The position numbers and the translations under genes were made by a program. From an uncultured delta proteobacterium (GTDB lineage Bacteria > Desulfobacterota > Desulfomonilia > Desulfomonilales > Desulfomonilaceae): a stretch of DNA of 64,000 nucleotides. Below are positions 19,829 through 30,741 of the stretch, in pieces (within the stretch, counting starts at the first letter, position 1; each line of letters begins with the position of its first letter). The DNA lies in assembly GCA_963789265.1 (NCBI GenBank), contig CAWBKB010000001.1, forward strand, positions 2,080,001-2,144,000, read 5' to 3'. The notes below the pieces were generated by a model. That model was not told where the DNA came from. It ran no database searches and saw nothing but the letters and a program-made list of their open reading frames with translations.

Positions 19829-20974
19829 TCATGCCTGGCTTTTTATGAAGGAGATGCTGGAGACTGGAATAGTATAAAGGTGCTGCCCAGATTCAACGCC
19901 GATAAGGCCGTTCTCATTCCAGATGAGAATTCCATTGATATGCTCGTTTGAACCCACCAGTGATATCTCCACTTCGGCCCGGGCAGAAGATAGTCTTGCC
20001 AGTACACTGCTGGTGGTTGAAGCTGCCGGAACGCCCCGAGTTGCGCCTACCGACAGCTCCACTTGATGGGCTGAGTGAGACATTTCCTGAGTCTGCGATC
20101 CATACCGACCGGGTTCGGTTGACGATATGGGCGCTTCCAGGGCTACGCTGGCAGTCATAGAAATATCATCTATCAACTCATCAATTATGGTCTCATCGAG
20201 AACCAGGGAATCGTCGATTGACTGACTCTGAGCCATTGAAGATTGGTATTGGGTCTGCGCGGGCTTGTCTCGCGGAATTGCAGTGGAAGTGGAGAGACCG
20301 GCAGAGCGAATGGGGCCTGCCGCAGGCACGGATGGTTGCGGGACCACAATTCGCTGGCCGAGGTTTTCGAAGTCTTGGAGGGTATAGCGAAAGTTGGGGT
20401 TGATAAATTTTACGTCGCAGGCCACCGTCTTTCCGGCGATTTTCGTGTTAAAAGTCTCCGGAAGCCTGAGAACAGTATCCAGGCTTACGTCCGTATCACA
20501 TTGAAGGTGGTCGCTGATGGTCCTGATGACCCGTTTTAATTGCTCCGGGTCCTTAACTTCGTTCACTTCCTTCAGGAGCCAGTAAAGGTGAGCCCCTCGC
20601 CCTGATTCCACTATGATGGAAGGAGCCCTTGGAAAGCTCCTGATGGCCTTCGCCGCCTGCTGGGGACCTTCATAGTAAACCTTCTTCTCCTCATGGCCTT
20701 CTGACCCGATGTCCAGATCAGCCCACAATGCCACCAAGAAATGTATGTGCTCTTTCTCGGCTTTCATCCGCTCTCGCGGGCAAATCCCGAAGTAGACGTC
20801 TCTTTCTTCTCCGTAGTGTTCTTTGGCAAGAATTTCGATGTTTGGGAAATAACGAGTGCTCTGCTTTGGGTCGCCCCGCTTAAAACTCTTTACAAGAATG
20901 AATCCCCGGTACTCTTTATAATATTGGGCAAAGATTGCCTCGAGAAAATCTTTGCGTGTAAACTTGGGGACCAT
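19829..20974 (-). CDS. RepB-type (AEP) primase domain + acidic linker + Sm/Hfq-like C-terminal domain
   Basis: VYFGICPR, WADLD, IIVESGRGAHLYWLL and VLRLPETFNTK motifs; last ~60 aa follow a helix + five-strand Sm pattern. Confidence 0.75.
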   Translation of the reverse strand: MVPKFTRKDFLEAIFAQYYKEYRGFILVKSFKRGDPKQSTRYFPNIEILAKEHYGEERDVYFGICPRERMKAEKEHIHFLVALWADLDIGSEGHEEKKVYYEGPQQAAKAIRSFPRAPSIIVESGRGAHLYWLLKEVNEVKDPEQLKRVIRTISDHLQCDTDVSLDTVLRLPETFNTKIAGKTVACDVKFINPNFRYTLQDFENLGQRIVVPQPSVPAAGPIRSAGLSTSTAIPRDKPAQTQYQSSMAQSQSIDDSLVLDETIIDELIDDISMTASVALEAPISSTEPGRYGSQTQEMSHSAHQVELSVGATRGVPAASTTSSVLARLSSARAEVEISLVGSNEHINGILIWNENGLIGVESGQHLYTIPVSSISFIKSQA

Positions 20975-21195
20975 TGAAAAACCTAAGCCGCTTGAATTTA
21001 GGGTAAATTTTTCCCGGTTATTCTATTCGCGGGTCTCTTGAATGTCAATGACGGTCTCGCTGTGCGCGGGTCCAATTAATTCGGGGTTATTGGGGTGAGA
21101 CGCTACTTCGCCCGGAAAAGGGTGGATTCTACGCCAGGAGACCGGGGTAGGACGAGGCCCCAGGAATCTTCTCCTGACACGAGAAACTGGCGAGA

Positions 21196-22624
21196 TCAGC
21201 CCTGCTTGCTCTTCTTTTTCTTGGGAGTAATTCCCTCACGTTTCTCTCCTTTTGCGTTGCTCTTCTGCCTCGCCCTGGCCAGGTTCTCCTGGATGACTTT
21301 GTTGCCCGGCGCGAGTTTGGCGGCCTTGGCCAACATGCGGATCTCTTGCTTGCTATCACCCTTCTTGCCGAGTGCAACCGCTCGATCGTTGTATGCTTTG
21401 GCAAGATCAACCTTGATCTCGGCGCTGGACGGGGCGAGGCTCAGCGCCTTTTCCAAGAGCCGAATCTCCTCTTGCTGTTTGCCCGCGTCCCCTTTCGTGA
21501 GGGCTTCATTGTGGTATGCCGCTGCCAGATTTGTCCGGGCTAATTGATTCTTCGGATCGATCTTGATTGCTCGCTCCAGTAGCTCAATCGCCTTGGCAGA
21601 AGCCCCGGTCTTAAACTGCCGTACAGCCTCCTTGGCTAAAAGATTGCTAAGATTTCCGACGGTAGCCTGATTCTTCGGATCCAGTTTCAGCGAGGTCTCC
21701 AGGTCGGATATTCTTTCGGCGAATTGCATATTTCGACTTTCGTCTACCGCCAGGTTGTTGTATGCAGCGGCAAGGTTTCTTTTTCGTTACAGAGTCGTTG
21801 GGAAAGATTTGCAGAGCTTCTTTCAATACAGCGATCTGCCCGGTCAAATCACCGTCCTTTCCTTTGATGACTGCCGAATTTGATAAGGCCCTTCCCAAAT
21901 TCTCCTTAATCAGCGGGTCTTTCGGGGCTAACTTCAGAGCAGTCCGAAGGAGTTCGATCTCCTTCTCATCCGCGCCCGCTTTACCTTTTGCCAATGCCAG
22001 GTTGTAATAAGCTGTACCAAGATTCTTCTTAATTTTGGGATTCCCCGGATCTAATGCCGCGGCCTTTTCGAGCGCAGCCACCTCCTGGTCGTGCGTACCG
22101 GCACGGCCTTTGACCACGCCGAAGTTGTTCAGTAGAGCGGCCAACATTTTGCGGCCGGAAGCATTCTCAGGGTCGATCTCCGTTACTTGACCGAGAAAGG
22201 CAATCTTGTCCGCGAGGTGTACCTTTTCTTCGGGCAATGATGCAGCTTGCAATGCAGCGTTTATGAAATTGAACCGAATATCCTTGTCCTCCGGCGTAAG
22301 GCGTACCGCTTTTCCCAAAAAGCGTACGCCCTCCGTCGAATTTCCTTCTCGAACGAGCTTAAGTCCGAGATTGTTATACGCAACTGCAAGCACATTCTTA
22401 TACTTGAGGTTTTGTGGGGCAAGTTTTGCTGCCTTCTCAAGTGCCGCTATAGCTGCAGATATGTTGTTACGAGATAGTAGATTGCTGCCGCGGAAAAACG
22501 CATTCTCAGCCTGAACGGCGTCGGAAGGTTCGACGGCAAGTGAAGGCAGGGACGTGAGACACAAAACTACTACTAAAAGGGTCTGAGATAACGTACACAC
22601 CGTTCCTCTAGATCGCGTGGCCAT
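21196..22624 (-). CDS. Exported TPR-like repeat protein (apparent frameshift near 21780)
   Basis: Signal-like N-terminus; repeated NLA.AY.N...LEKA..L.P units continuing across two ORFs. Confidence 0.8.
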
Positions 22625-22826
22625 GCATCGCCCCTCGCAGTCACCATTTACGGAAAGAGAAGCTCTCCCCGATAAGTGGACACATACCATGAGAATTTCA
22701 GGGGGTCAATTTAATGAGGCCATAGCGTGGCAATGCAGCCGCTCTTCTGCAAGAGCGGCCCCGGGGAGGTTGCGGCGATGATCGGCCCTATGTCCAGGAG
22801 GATATAGGGCTATTCGATCACCGGTA

Positions 22827-24911
22827 TCACGCAGTTGCAACACTTTCGGATATCTCAATTTCTGCGCTGGTCGAGGCGGTTAAGGACTCTATGCGCACCG
22901 CGCTCACCTTATAATCAGGTGTCTTGCACACCGGATCTAGAGACGTACCCAGCAAAACATTGGAATTCGCCTCTTCAAAGTGGAAATCCATGAATATGGC
23001 GCCCGGCGGGACGATATCGCCAGGTCGGACGGCTATGACCAGTTCTCCGCGCCTGGATATCACCCTGGCCAGGTCACCGTCTTTCAAGCCCAACTTTTCG
23101 GCATCGACATAATTAATCTGCGCAAACGGCTCCGGCATTTCCTTGTGCAATGATGGACAGTTCCCGGTCTGGGTACGGGTATGATAGTGCATCCATCGTC
23201 GTCCAGTCGTCAGCAGGTAAGGATACTCATCGTCGGGCATTTCCTCCGAGGGACGGTAATCGATGACGTGGAAAAGGCCCTTGCCTCGTGTAAACCTGCC
23301 TTCGTGAAGAAAGACAGTACCGGGATGATCCGTAGACGGGCAAGGCCACTGGATTCCCTCGCCTTCGATGCGATCATAGTTGATGCCACCAAATATTGGG
23401 GAAAGACTTGCCAATTCGTCCCAAATCTCTTTCGGCGAATCGTAATTCATGGAGAGCCCCATTCTGGAGCCGAGTTGGCAAAGGATTTCCCAGTCCGGTC
23501 GAGTTCCTTCTAGAGGCTCAACAGCCTTGCGTACGCGTTGCACTTTTCGTTCGGTGTTGACGAAAGTACCGTCCTTTTCGGCCCAGGAAGTTCCTGGGAG
23601 AACTACGTGCGCAAGCTTGGCGGTCTCGGTCAGGAATATGTCTTGCACCGCCAGGAATTCCGCTGACTTCAAGGCGTGGATAATGTGGTTCGTGTCCGGA
23701 TCACTCTGCGCGGGATTTTCTCCCAAGACGAACATCCCCTTGACCGAACCGTCAATGAGCCCGTACACCATGTCGGGAATGGTGTAACCCACCCGGTCCG
23801 ACAGTTCCGCTTGCCAAGCCTTCTGAAATTTGGCACGAACATTTTGATCGGTCACCACCTGGTACCCGGGATAAACATTCGGCAAACCTCCCATGTCGCA
23901 ATGCCCCTGGACGTTGTTCTGACCTCTGAGAGGATTGACCCCCGACGAACGGCGACCAATGTGCCCCGTAAGCATGGCAAGGTTCGCCAAGGACTTCACA
24001 TTGTCAACGCCATGAGAGTGCTCGGTGATGCCAAGGGTATAAAGGATGGTCGAGCACGGCGAAGTGGCATAGATCCGCGCCACGCGCTCGATTTCCTCCG
24101 GGGGTACCCCACATATTTCCGAAGCTTTCTCAGGTGGAAACTTTTCCAGATGCGCCTGAAGCTCAGCAAAACCTTCTACCCTTTCAGAGATGAAATCCGA
24201 ATTGTGCCAGTTGTTCTTCAGAATCGCATGCATCATTCCGTTGATGAAGGCCACATCCGAACCGAAGTTCAAAGTTATATGAATGTCGGAGATCGATGTG
24301 AGTTGGATCTTGCGAGGATCTACCACGATCAGGGTCGCGCCTTTCTGCTTGGCCCTGAACACTCTGTGCGCGATGAGAGGATGAGCCTCGGTGGTATTCG
24401 ATCCGACTACCAGGACAACCGATGCATCCTCGATCTCGGGGATAGAATTTGTCATCGCTCCGCTTCCGAATGCGGCGGCAAGACCTGCCACCGTCGGCGC
24501 GTGTCAGAGACGGGCGCAGGCATCTACGTTGTTGGTTCCAAAGCCTGCCCGGCAGAATTTCTGGAGAAGGTAGTTCTCTTCATTGGTGCATCGGCCTGAT
24601 GAGAGGAACGCGAGGCTGTCACCGCCGTTTTTGTCTTTGATCTCTTTCAGCCGGGAGACCGTGAAGTCCAGAGCCTCGTCCCAGGAGGCTGCTTGCAGCG
24701 CGCCGTTCTTACGCACCAGCGGAGTGGTCAGCCTGTTAGGGCTGTCAACAAATTCGTGGGCATTCCAGCCCTTAATGCACAATTTGCCGTCGTTCATCGG
24801 CGCTTTCTTGAGCGGCACGGTGCCGATAAGCTTCCCATCAAGAACTTCGAGAAGCATTTGGCAGCCGCAGCCGCAAAAGGGACATGTGGTCTTTACGAAT
24901 CTATAGTCCAT
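22827..24911 (-). CDS. fdhF: Formate dehydrogenase alpha subunit, selenocysteine-containing, FdhF-like
   Basis: CPFCGCGC..C cluster; ACARL-UGA-HAPTVAGL active site in frame at 24504-24506; LRGQNNVQG. Confidence 0.93.
24470..24503 (-). promoter_or_regulatory. Bacterial SECIS element
   Basis: Hairpin CGGTGGCA-GGTCT-TGCCGCCG about 10 nt after the in-frame UGA, resembling the fdhF SECIS. Confidence 0.85.
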
Positions 24912-25522
24912 CGCTGGCTCCTCAAGTAAATATGCGATCCTGGACGTTGCTGCCGGGCTTATGTCCTGGTCTGCACGAATCTACGCGAATGAAGAAACAT
25001 AATCTTCAAGCCATTACCATAGTAATATCCGAAACCAAGTGACAAGTTGCAAAAGTATCGTCCGGCTTCAGGACATGTCCGGGGAGGCGCTGTATGAGGC
25101 TAGAGTTCGTGGAAGAAACTTTGCCTTCCCATTTTTCCGCCAACGGTAGATGCGCAGGTTTACAGTTTGCTGAGAATAACGTCCGTAGTGTTCCATTGTG
25201 TCTGGAATGGCATAGCCATATATCATAACTAAAACGACCTCAGGGATTTGTCAACACATCACCGTTGCCTGTCCTGTTTAAGGTGTCATAACAGTGTCTT
25301 CCGATTATACCAGGCGTCGCTCCGCAATTCCCGATCCCAAAAAATCCGAAGTCTTGGGAACCCTGCGGGTCATTTGGAGTCATGTAGGGGTTAGCCCGTT
25401 TGGTTGAGGCCCCAGGGGGCCTCGGAACCGAAGTGAGGCTGCCGGCCAAAAGCCACTCTTGACAAAGTTCCATCGAGTAGTATGAAAAAGGTGCTTGAGA
25501 CAAGGTCCAAGGAGGATAGCCG

Positions 25523-26512
25523 ATGATAGAAGTGGAAGGGCTGACCAAGTATTACGGTCGGCTGGCTGCTATCTACGATGTAAACTTTCGCGTGGAATCA
25601 GGCGAGATTGTGGGCTTTCTGGGCCCCAACGGCGCGGGAAAAACCACCACCATGCGGATACTTACATGCTTTTGCCCCGCATCCGCGGGAGAGGCCCGTA
25701 TTCTGGGCATGGATGTGCGGGACGAATCGCTGAAGATCAGAGGAAAGGTTGGCTATCTGCCGGAAAACATTCCTCTTTACGACTGGATGCGTGTCAGGGC
25801 ATACTTGGAATTCGTGGCCCGGGCCAAGGGGGTTGCCGCGGCAAACCGGACCGCCGAGGTCGACAGAGTCGCCGAATCGGTCGGCCTCGCTCACGTCATG
25901 GACAAGATTATTCGGTGGCTCTCCAGGGGCTACCGCCAGCGAGTAGGACTTGCTCAAGCTCTCATAGGCGACCCGCCTATTCTCATCTTAGATGAGCCTA
26001 CAATCGGTCTGGACCCGAAACAGATTCGAGAGATTCGCCACCTGATTAAAAGCTTTTCTCAGAACCGCACCGTGATTCTGTCAACGCACATACTACCGGA
26101 GGTGAGCGAGGTTTGCGACCGGGTAATAATAATCAACAAAGGCTCCATCGTGGCCGAAGATTCTCCCCAAAATCTCACTAGAGGCCATGACAAATCTTCA
26201 CGGACGCAAATCGTGGTGAGAGCGCCTGCGGACCAAGTAAAGGCGCTTCTTTCGGCGCTGAATGGTGTTCGGTCGGTTCTGCCTTCGGAGCCGGCCACCG
26301 ACGGCGAAACAGAGCTGGTCGTCGAGGCCGCGGCCGACGCCGATATGCGCCCGGAATTGGCCAGAGCCATATTGAGCAAAGGATGGGACCTCCTCGAGTT
26401 GCGGCCTATTCATGTCAGCCTGGAGGATGTATTCATTGATTTGGTCACTGAAGAGACCGACGAGGATGAGGCTACTGTTGAGCCCGTCGATGAGAAGGGG
26501 GTGGCCTCATGA
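25523..26512 (+). CDS. ABC-2 type ATP-binding protein (GldA-like)
   Basis: GPNGAGKTT, LSRGYRQRVGLAQA, LDEPT and STHIL motifs. Confidence 0.92.
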   Translation: MIEVEGLTKYYGRLAAIYDVNFRVESGEIVGFLGPNGAGKTTTMRILTCFCPASAGEARILGMDVRDESLKIRGKVGYLPENIPLYDWMRVRAYLEFVARAKGVAAANRTAEVDRVAESVGLAHVMDKIIRWLSRGYRQRVGLAQALIGDPPILILDEPTIGLDPKQIREIRHLIKSFSQNRTVILSTHILPEVSEVCDRVIIINKGSIVAEDSPQNLTRGHDKSSRTQIVVRAPADQVKALLSALNGVRSVLPSEPATDGETELVVEAAADADMRPELARAILSKGWDLLELRPIHVSLEDVFIDLVTEETDEDEATVEPVDEKGVAS

Positions 26513-27279
26513 GAGGATTCTGGGCGATATTCCGCAAAGAGACTGCGAACTACTTTATTTCACCCATCGCTTATACGGTGATAGCGAGCTTCCTTCTTAT
26601 TTCGGGATTTTTCTTTTGGGCAAACGTGTCGTTCATGAGTCTCGTCAGCCTTCAGGCGGCCAATAACCCGACGATAGCTCAGCGCATAAACCTGACAGAC
26701 GTGGTCATCCGGCCTCTGATGCAGAACATGAGCATCGTGATGCTTTTTGTGATGCCCCTCCTGACTATGCGGCTCTTCTCCGAGGAAAAGAAGACCGGGA
26801 CTATCGAACTTCTGCTCACTTACCCGATTAACGATTGGGCCGTGCTTTTCGGCAAGTTTCTCTCTGCGACCCTGGTGCTTCTTATCATGCTGGCAAGTAC
26901 TCTGCCGTTCATGGCCCTGCTTTTCGGCGTCGGCAGTCCCGATCCCGGAACGTTGTTGAGCTGCTATCTCGGCCTTCTTGCGATGGGAGCGGCTTTCATG
27001 GCTTTGGGTATTTTTATATCTTCACTTACCGAAAACCAGATTGTCGCTGCTGCCGTTTCGTTCGGATCGGCACTCTTGTTTTGGGTTTTGAGCTGGAGCT
27101 CCACTCTTACAGGGGAAACGGTAGGTGCAGTTCTTCGGCAGTTGTCGATCTTGGAGCATTTGGAATCTTTCAACAAGGGTATATTGGCTTTGGCCGATGT
27201 GTCCTTCTTTCTCCTGTTCACTGCGTTCTTCCTATTCTTGTCGCTGCGCTCTCTCGAAACCAACAGGTGGAAAGGGTAA
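26509..27279 (+). CDS. ABC-2 permease (GldF-like)
   Basis: LTMRLFSEEKKTGTIELLLT and SSLTENQIVA motifs; multiple TM segments. Confidence 0.9.
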   Translation: MRGFWAIFRKETANYFISPIAYTVIASFLLISGFFFWANVSFMSLVSLQAANNPTIAQRINLTDVVIRPLMQNMSIVMLFVMPLLTMRLFSEEKKTGTIELLLTYPINDWAVLFGKFLSATLVLLIMLASTLPFMALLFGVGSPDPGTLLSCYLGLLAMGAAFMALGIFISSLTENQIVAAAVSFGSALLFWVLSWSSTLTGETVGAVLRQLSILEHLESFNKGILALADVSFFLLFTAFFLFLSLRSLETNRWKG

Positions 27280-27282
27280 AGA

Positions 27283-28762
27283 ATGAAGATCAACGATTCG
27301 TACAGAAAGATTCTTCTTGGAGGCGGCACTGCTGTCGGCATCCTGATCTTTTTAGCCATAATCGTGGCAATTCAGTACATTGTCCTGGAGCACCCGGAGA
27401 GGTGGGACTTGACTCGGGCAGGAAAGCATACTCTCTCGCCTCAAAGCAAGAAGGTGCTCGACACCTTCAGACAGAAGAAGCTGCCCATTAACGTGCTGGC
27501 GTTTTACGACGCCAAGGATACCCGCGCCCGCGACACTCTTCGAGATTTGCTGGACCGATACAGGGACACGTACGGCGAATTCACATATTCGTTTATCGAT
27601 CCGGATCAAAATCGAGCACTTGCCATTCGGAACAAGATTGATACGTACCCCTCTATCGTCTTAAAAGCAGGAAAGAAAGACGAGCGGATCGCCACAGCGG
27701 ACGAAGAGTCCGTTACGAATGCTTTGGCTAAACTTCTCAGGAACAACGTCAAGAAGATTTATTTCGTTAAAGGTCACGGAGAATCCGCACCGGACGCCAC
27801 CGATCCCGCCGGATTCAGCATCGCCAAACAGCAAATTGAAAAGCAAAACTACAAGGTCGAACAGATAGTGCTGATGCAGACAGCGTCAATACCCGACGAT
27901 GCAACGGTGCTTGTTATTGCAGGTCCTAAAACTGATCCGATGGATAACGAACTGGAACTCATACGCAATTACATCAAGCGGGGCGGCAGTGTCTTTGTGT
28001 TGCTCGATCCGTTCAAGACACCCAAGCTCGCCGCTTTCCTGAAGACCTATGGATTCCAAACCGCCAATGACATAGTGGTTGACCGCATGAGTCGCGTGTT
28101 CGGCGGAGACTACCTGATGCCGGTGATTACCACGTATATAAAATTCCCCATTACCAGGAACTTCAATCTCGCCTCCTTCTTTCCTGAAGCCCGGTCGGTT
28201 CAAGCTGCCAAAAAACCGGTACCCAATGTGACAGATCAGAGCCTTGCCCTCACAAGCCCTGTCTCATGGACGATCAACGAGGAGCAACTCAAGTCGGGAA
28301 AAGCCAACTTCGACGAAAAGACGGGCAAGAAAGGTCCTATTTCAGTAATGGCCGTATCGACATACTCCGTCCCTCCGGACAAGAAAGAGGCAGACAAGAA
28401 AACCAGCGCAACAGCCCAATCCGCTAAGGCCTCTGCCCAGCCTAAGGTCGCAAAATCCCAAAGAAAACCGGCCAAGACTGTCAAAGCACGCATCGTTGTA
28501 GCAGGAAGCGCTCTGTTCGCCTCTAATAAGTTCTTCAAATTACAGGGCAACGGAGACTTATTCATGAACACGGTGTCATGGCTGGCCGAAGATGAGAACC
28601 TCATTGCAATCCGCCCGAAATCTTCCAAATCCCAACCTATTGTTTCTGACGGGAAACGAGTCTCTTACAATGCTCCTGGTGCCTGTGGTGTTTGTTCCCC
28701 TCGCCTGGATTATAGCGGGAGTTGCGGTTTTCTTGTATCGCAGAAGGACTATCGCGGTCTGA
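27283..28762 (+). CDS. GldG-like ABC auxiliary protein (apparent frameshift near 28645)
   Basis: RWDLT...HTLSPQS, IYFVKGHGE and GNGDLFMNTVSWL motifs; C-terminal TM plus RRR found in the shifted frame. Confidence 0.85.
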
Positions 28763-28841
28763 AAGAGCCGTGAGGATTGCAAAGATTTAACCACGGCGGA
28801 TTGTCGGTTGACGCCCAAACTGTTTCCGGGAGGTTTCAGGA

Positions 28842-30329
28842 ATGAAGCTGAATAAAATCCTGATCTACCTATCAATTTTGGTAGCCTTGGTGGCGTACGT
28901 CTATTTCGTGGAGATAAGACATAAGCGGAATAAGCAGGCGAGTGAAGAAAAGGCCGCTAGAATAGTTCAGATGGAAAAGGATAAGATAGTACGAATAGAG
29001 CTGGCATCACACGACAAAGGAAAGATCGAGCTCAAAAAGCCTGCCAAGACATGGGTTTTGACATCACCGATAAAGACAAAAGCCGATGAAGCCGCGGTGG
29101 CTTCTCTTCTCCAGTCCATTGCGGATGCCAAATCGGAGAAGGTCGTACTGAAGAAAGGTGCCAAATGGGCCGAGTACGGACTTGATAAGCCTGAATTCAG
29201 TGTCAGCCTTGCCACCAAAGACAAGACCGCGGACGTCCATTTCGGTTCGGCTAATCCGGCCAAGACTTCCTACTATGTCAGAGTCGACGACCAGCCCAGG
29301 CTTCTGCTGGTGCCTGACACCTTGAAGATAAGCCTTAACAAATCGGCTTTTGATTTGCGTGACAAGACGGTTGTAAGTATATCCCCGGATCAGGTGGATC
29401 GAATCGCCGTAAGTACGAAGGGTAAGGAAATAGAGCTTCAGCGTGAAGCCAAGGACAAGTGGGCTATGGTGAAGCCTGAACGGATTCGAGTGAAGGCTAC
29501 ACTTGTAGCCGGTGACTTGAGGACCCTCACGAACCTGACGGCTAAGAGCATCATAGACAATCCGACCAAGGAAGGAGACCCATACGGCCTGGACAACCCT
29601 GAGGAGACCATTCTTATGGCGGGCAAGAAGCGGGAACAAACCCTCCTAGTAGGGGCCCCTGAAAAGAAACAAGACATCAAGGGTACCGTACCGAATCGAT
29701 ACGCACGCATAAAGGGCCGTGACGATGTCTACGTCATCGACGGTCAGTCACTGAAGAGCCTGAAGACGGGGATCGAGGAACTTAGAGACCGGTCATTGCT
29801 CACCTTCAACCCCGGAGACATCGAAAAGCTGGAAGTGACTCTGGGTGGCAGGACCTGGCTAGCGTTCAAAGGTAAGGATAACAAGTGGCTTTTGGAGAAA
29901 CCTGTAAAGAAGGAGAAGATGGACGCCTGGCCGGTGACCAGGATACTCTGGGATCTTAAAGACTTGCAGTGGAAGACCGAGACAAAACCCGCGCCGGCGG
30001 ACTTGGCTTCGGTCCACCTTGACAAGCCGCAGCTCACAGTGTCTCTTTTCAAGAAGGGGACAAAGGAACCTTTGATTTTGAAAGCGGGCTGGGAAGTCCC
30101 TGCCGTCAAAGAAGAACAGGGAAAGAAATCTCAGCCTTCAGGAGAAAAGAAGGCCGAAACTTCAGCCAAAGCAAAAGGTGTCAAGGAGTTACCCGCAAGC
30201 GCGAAGGTCCCTGAGAAGGTCAACGTCTTGACTCAACCTTCATTGGAGCAGGGCGCGATATTCTCCATAGATAGCGGTTTCGTTACAGGTCTGCGTACGG
30301 ATCTCAAGCGATTGACTGAAAAGAAGTGA
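28842..30329 (+). CDS. DUF4340-like membrane-anchored protein
   Basis: N-terminal TM; repeated YGLD.P and LRD(K/R) units; typical position after gldG. Confidence 0.8.
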   Translation: MKLNKILIYLSILVALVAYVYFVEIRHKRNKQASEEKAARIVQMEKDKIVRIELASHDKGKIELKKPAKTWVLTSPIKTKADEAAVASLLQSIADAKSEKVVLKKGAKWAEYGLDKPEFSVSLATKDKTADVHFGSANPAKTSYYVRVDDQPRLLLVPDTLKISLNKSAFDLRDKTVVSISPDQVDRIAVSTKGKEIELQREAKDKWAMVKPERIRVKATLVAGDLRTLTNLTAKSIIDNPTKEGDPYGLDNPEETILMAGKKREQTLLVGAPEKKQDIKGTVPNRYARIKGRDDVYVIDGQSLKSLKTGIEELRDRSLLTFNPGDIEKLEVTLGGRTWLAFKGKDNKWLLEKPVKKEKMDAWPVTRILWDLKDLQWKTETKPAPADLASVHLDKPQLTVSLFKKGTKEPLILKAGWEVPAVKEEQGKKSQPSGEKKAETSAKAKGVKELPASAKVPEKVNVLTQPSLEQGAIFSIDSGFVTGLRTDLKRLTEKK

Positions 30330-30482
30330 CGAGGCGGAGCCTGGGAACCAGAAAAAAACTGCACTGACCTGGTGCCAGAATGGCACTCTGGTCAGTGGCA
30401 CCCAATATCTCGCCAACATCTGATCTTGAGTGGCTCCCGCCTGGAATGCCTGCCGTCATCCCCTCGTACGCGGGGACCAATT

Positions 30483-30696
30483 GTAGGGGCGGGTTTAAAA
30501 CCCAATGCTGTTGACTTAAGCCGCATGCCCCTTGTCCAGGAACTTTTCCTTCGACGGGCCTTCACCTCGTCATTCCGGCGGAGGCCGGAATCCAGGTTTT
30601 CCTAATCTCCCCTGGACCCCGGCCTTCGCCGGGGTGACGGTGGGGTAGACGGAGGTCCCTTAAGTCAACAGCATTGGGTTTTAAACCCGCCCCTAC
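30483..30696. mobile_element. Nested element: MITE inserted in a GTAG-type REP hairpin and carrying a second REP pair
   Basis: Perfect 38-bp IR gtaggggcgggtttaaaa-cccaatgctgttgacttaag; internal gtcattccggcggaggccggaatcc...ggggtgac. Confidence 0.75.
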
Positions 30697-30741
30697 CGAG
30701 GACTCGATATGATCTGCTTGAAGCAGACATTTTATTGGGCT

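Noticed and set aside
18383..22624. Genomic island or prophage integrated at tRNA-Ser carrying the primase gene
   Set aside because: No integrase, no duplicated tRNA 3' end that I could see, and the neighbours are ordinary chromosomal genes
19829..22624. CRISPR-associated primase-polymerase (TPR + AEP)
   Set aside because: No cas genes or array; the TPR protein is separate and appears to have a signal peptide
24504..24506. Premature stop in formate dehydrogenase
   Set aside because: It lies at the catalytic Cys/Sec position and is followed by a SECIS-like hairpin
23676..24599. Long antisense ORFs (also 52186-53037, 58914-59741, 45463-46227)
   Set aside because: They lie opposite well-supported genes and show no recognisable motifs
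25081..25106. Moco riboswitch upstream of fdh (ACTCTAGCCTC...CGCCTCCC on the minus strand)
   Set aside because: The two short matches are only 6 nt apart, with no central stems and no 3' GGAAAGG; probably chance
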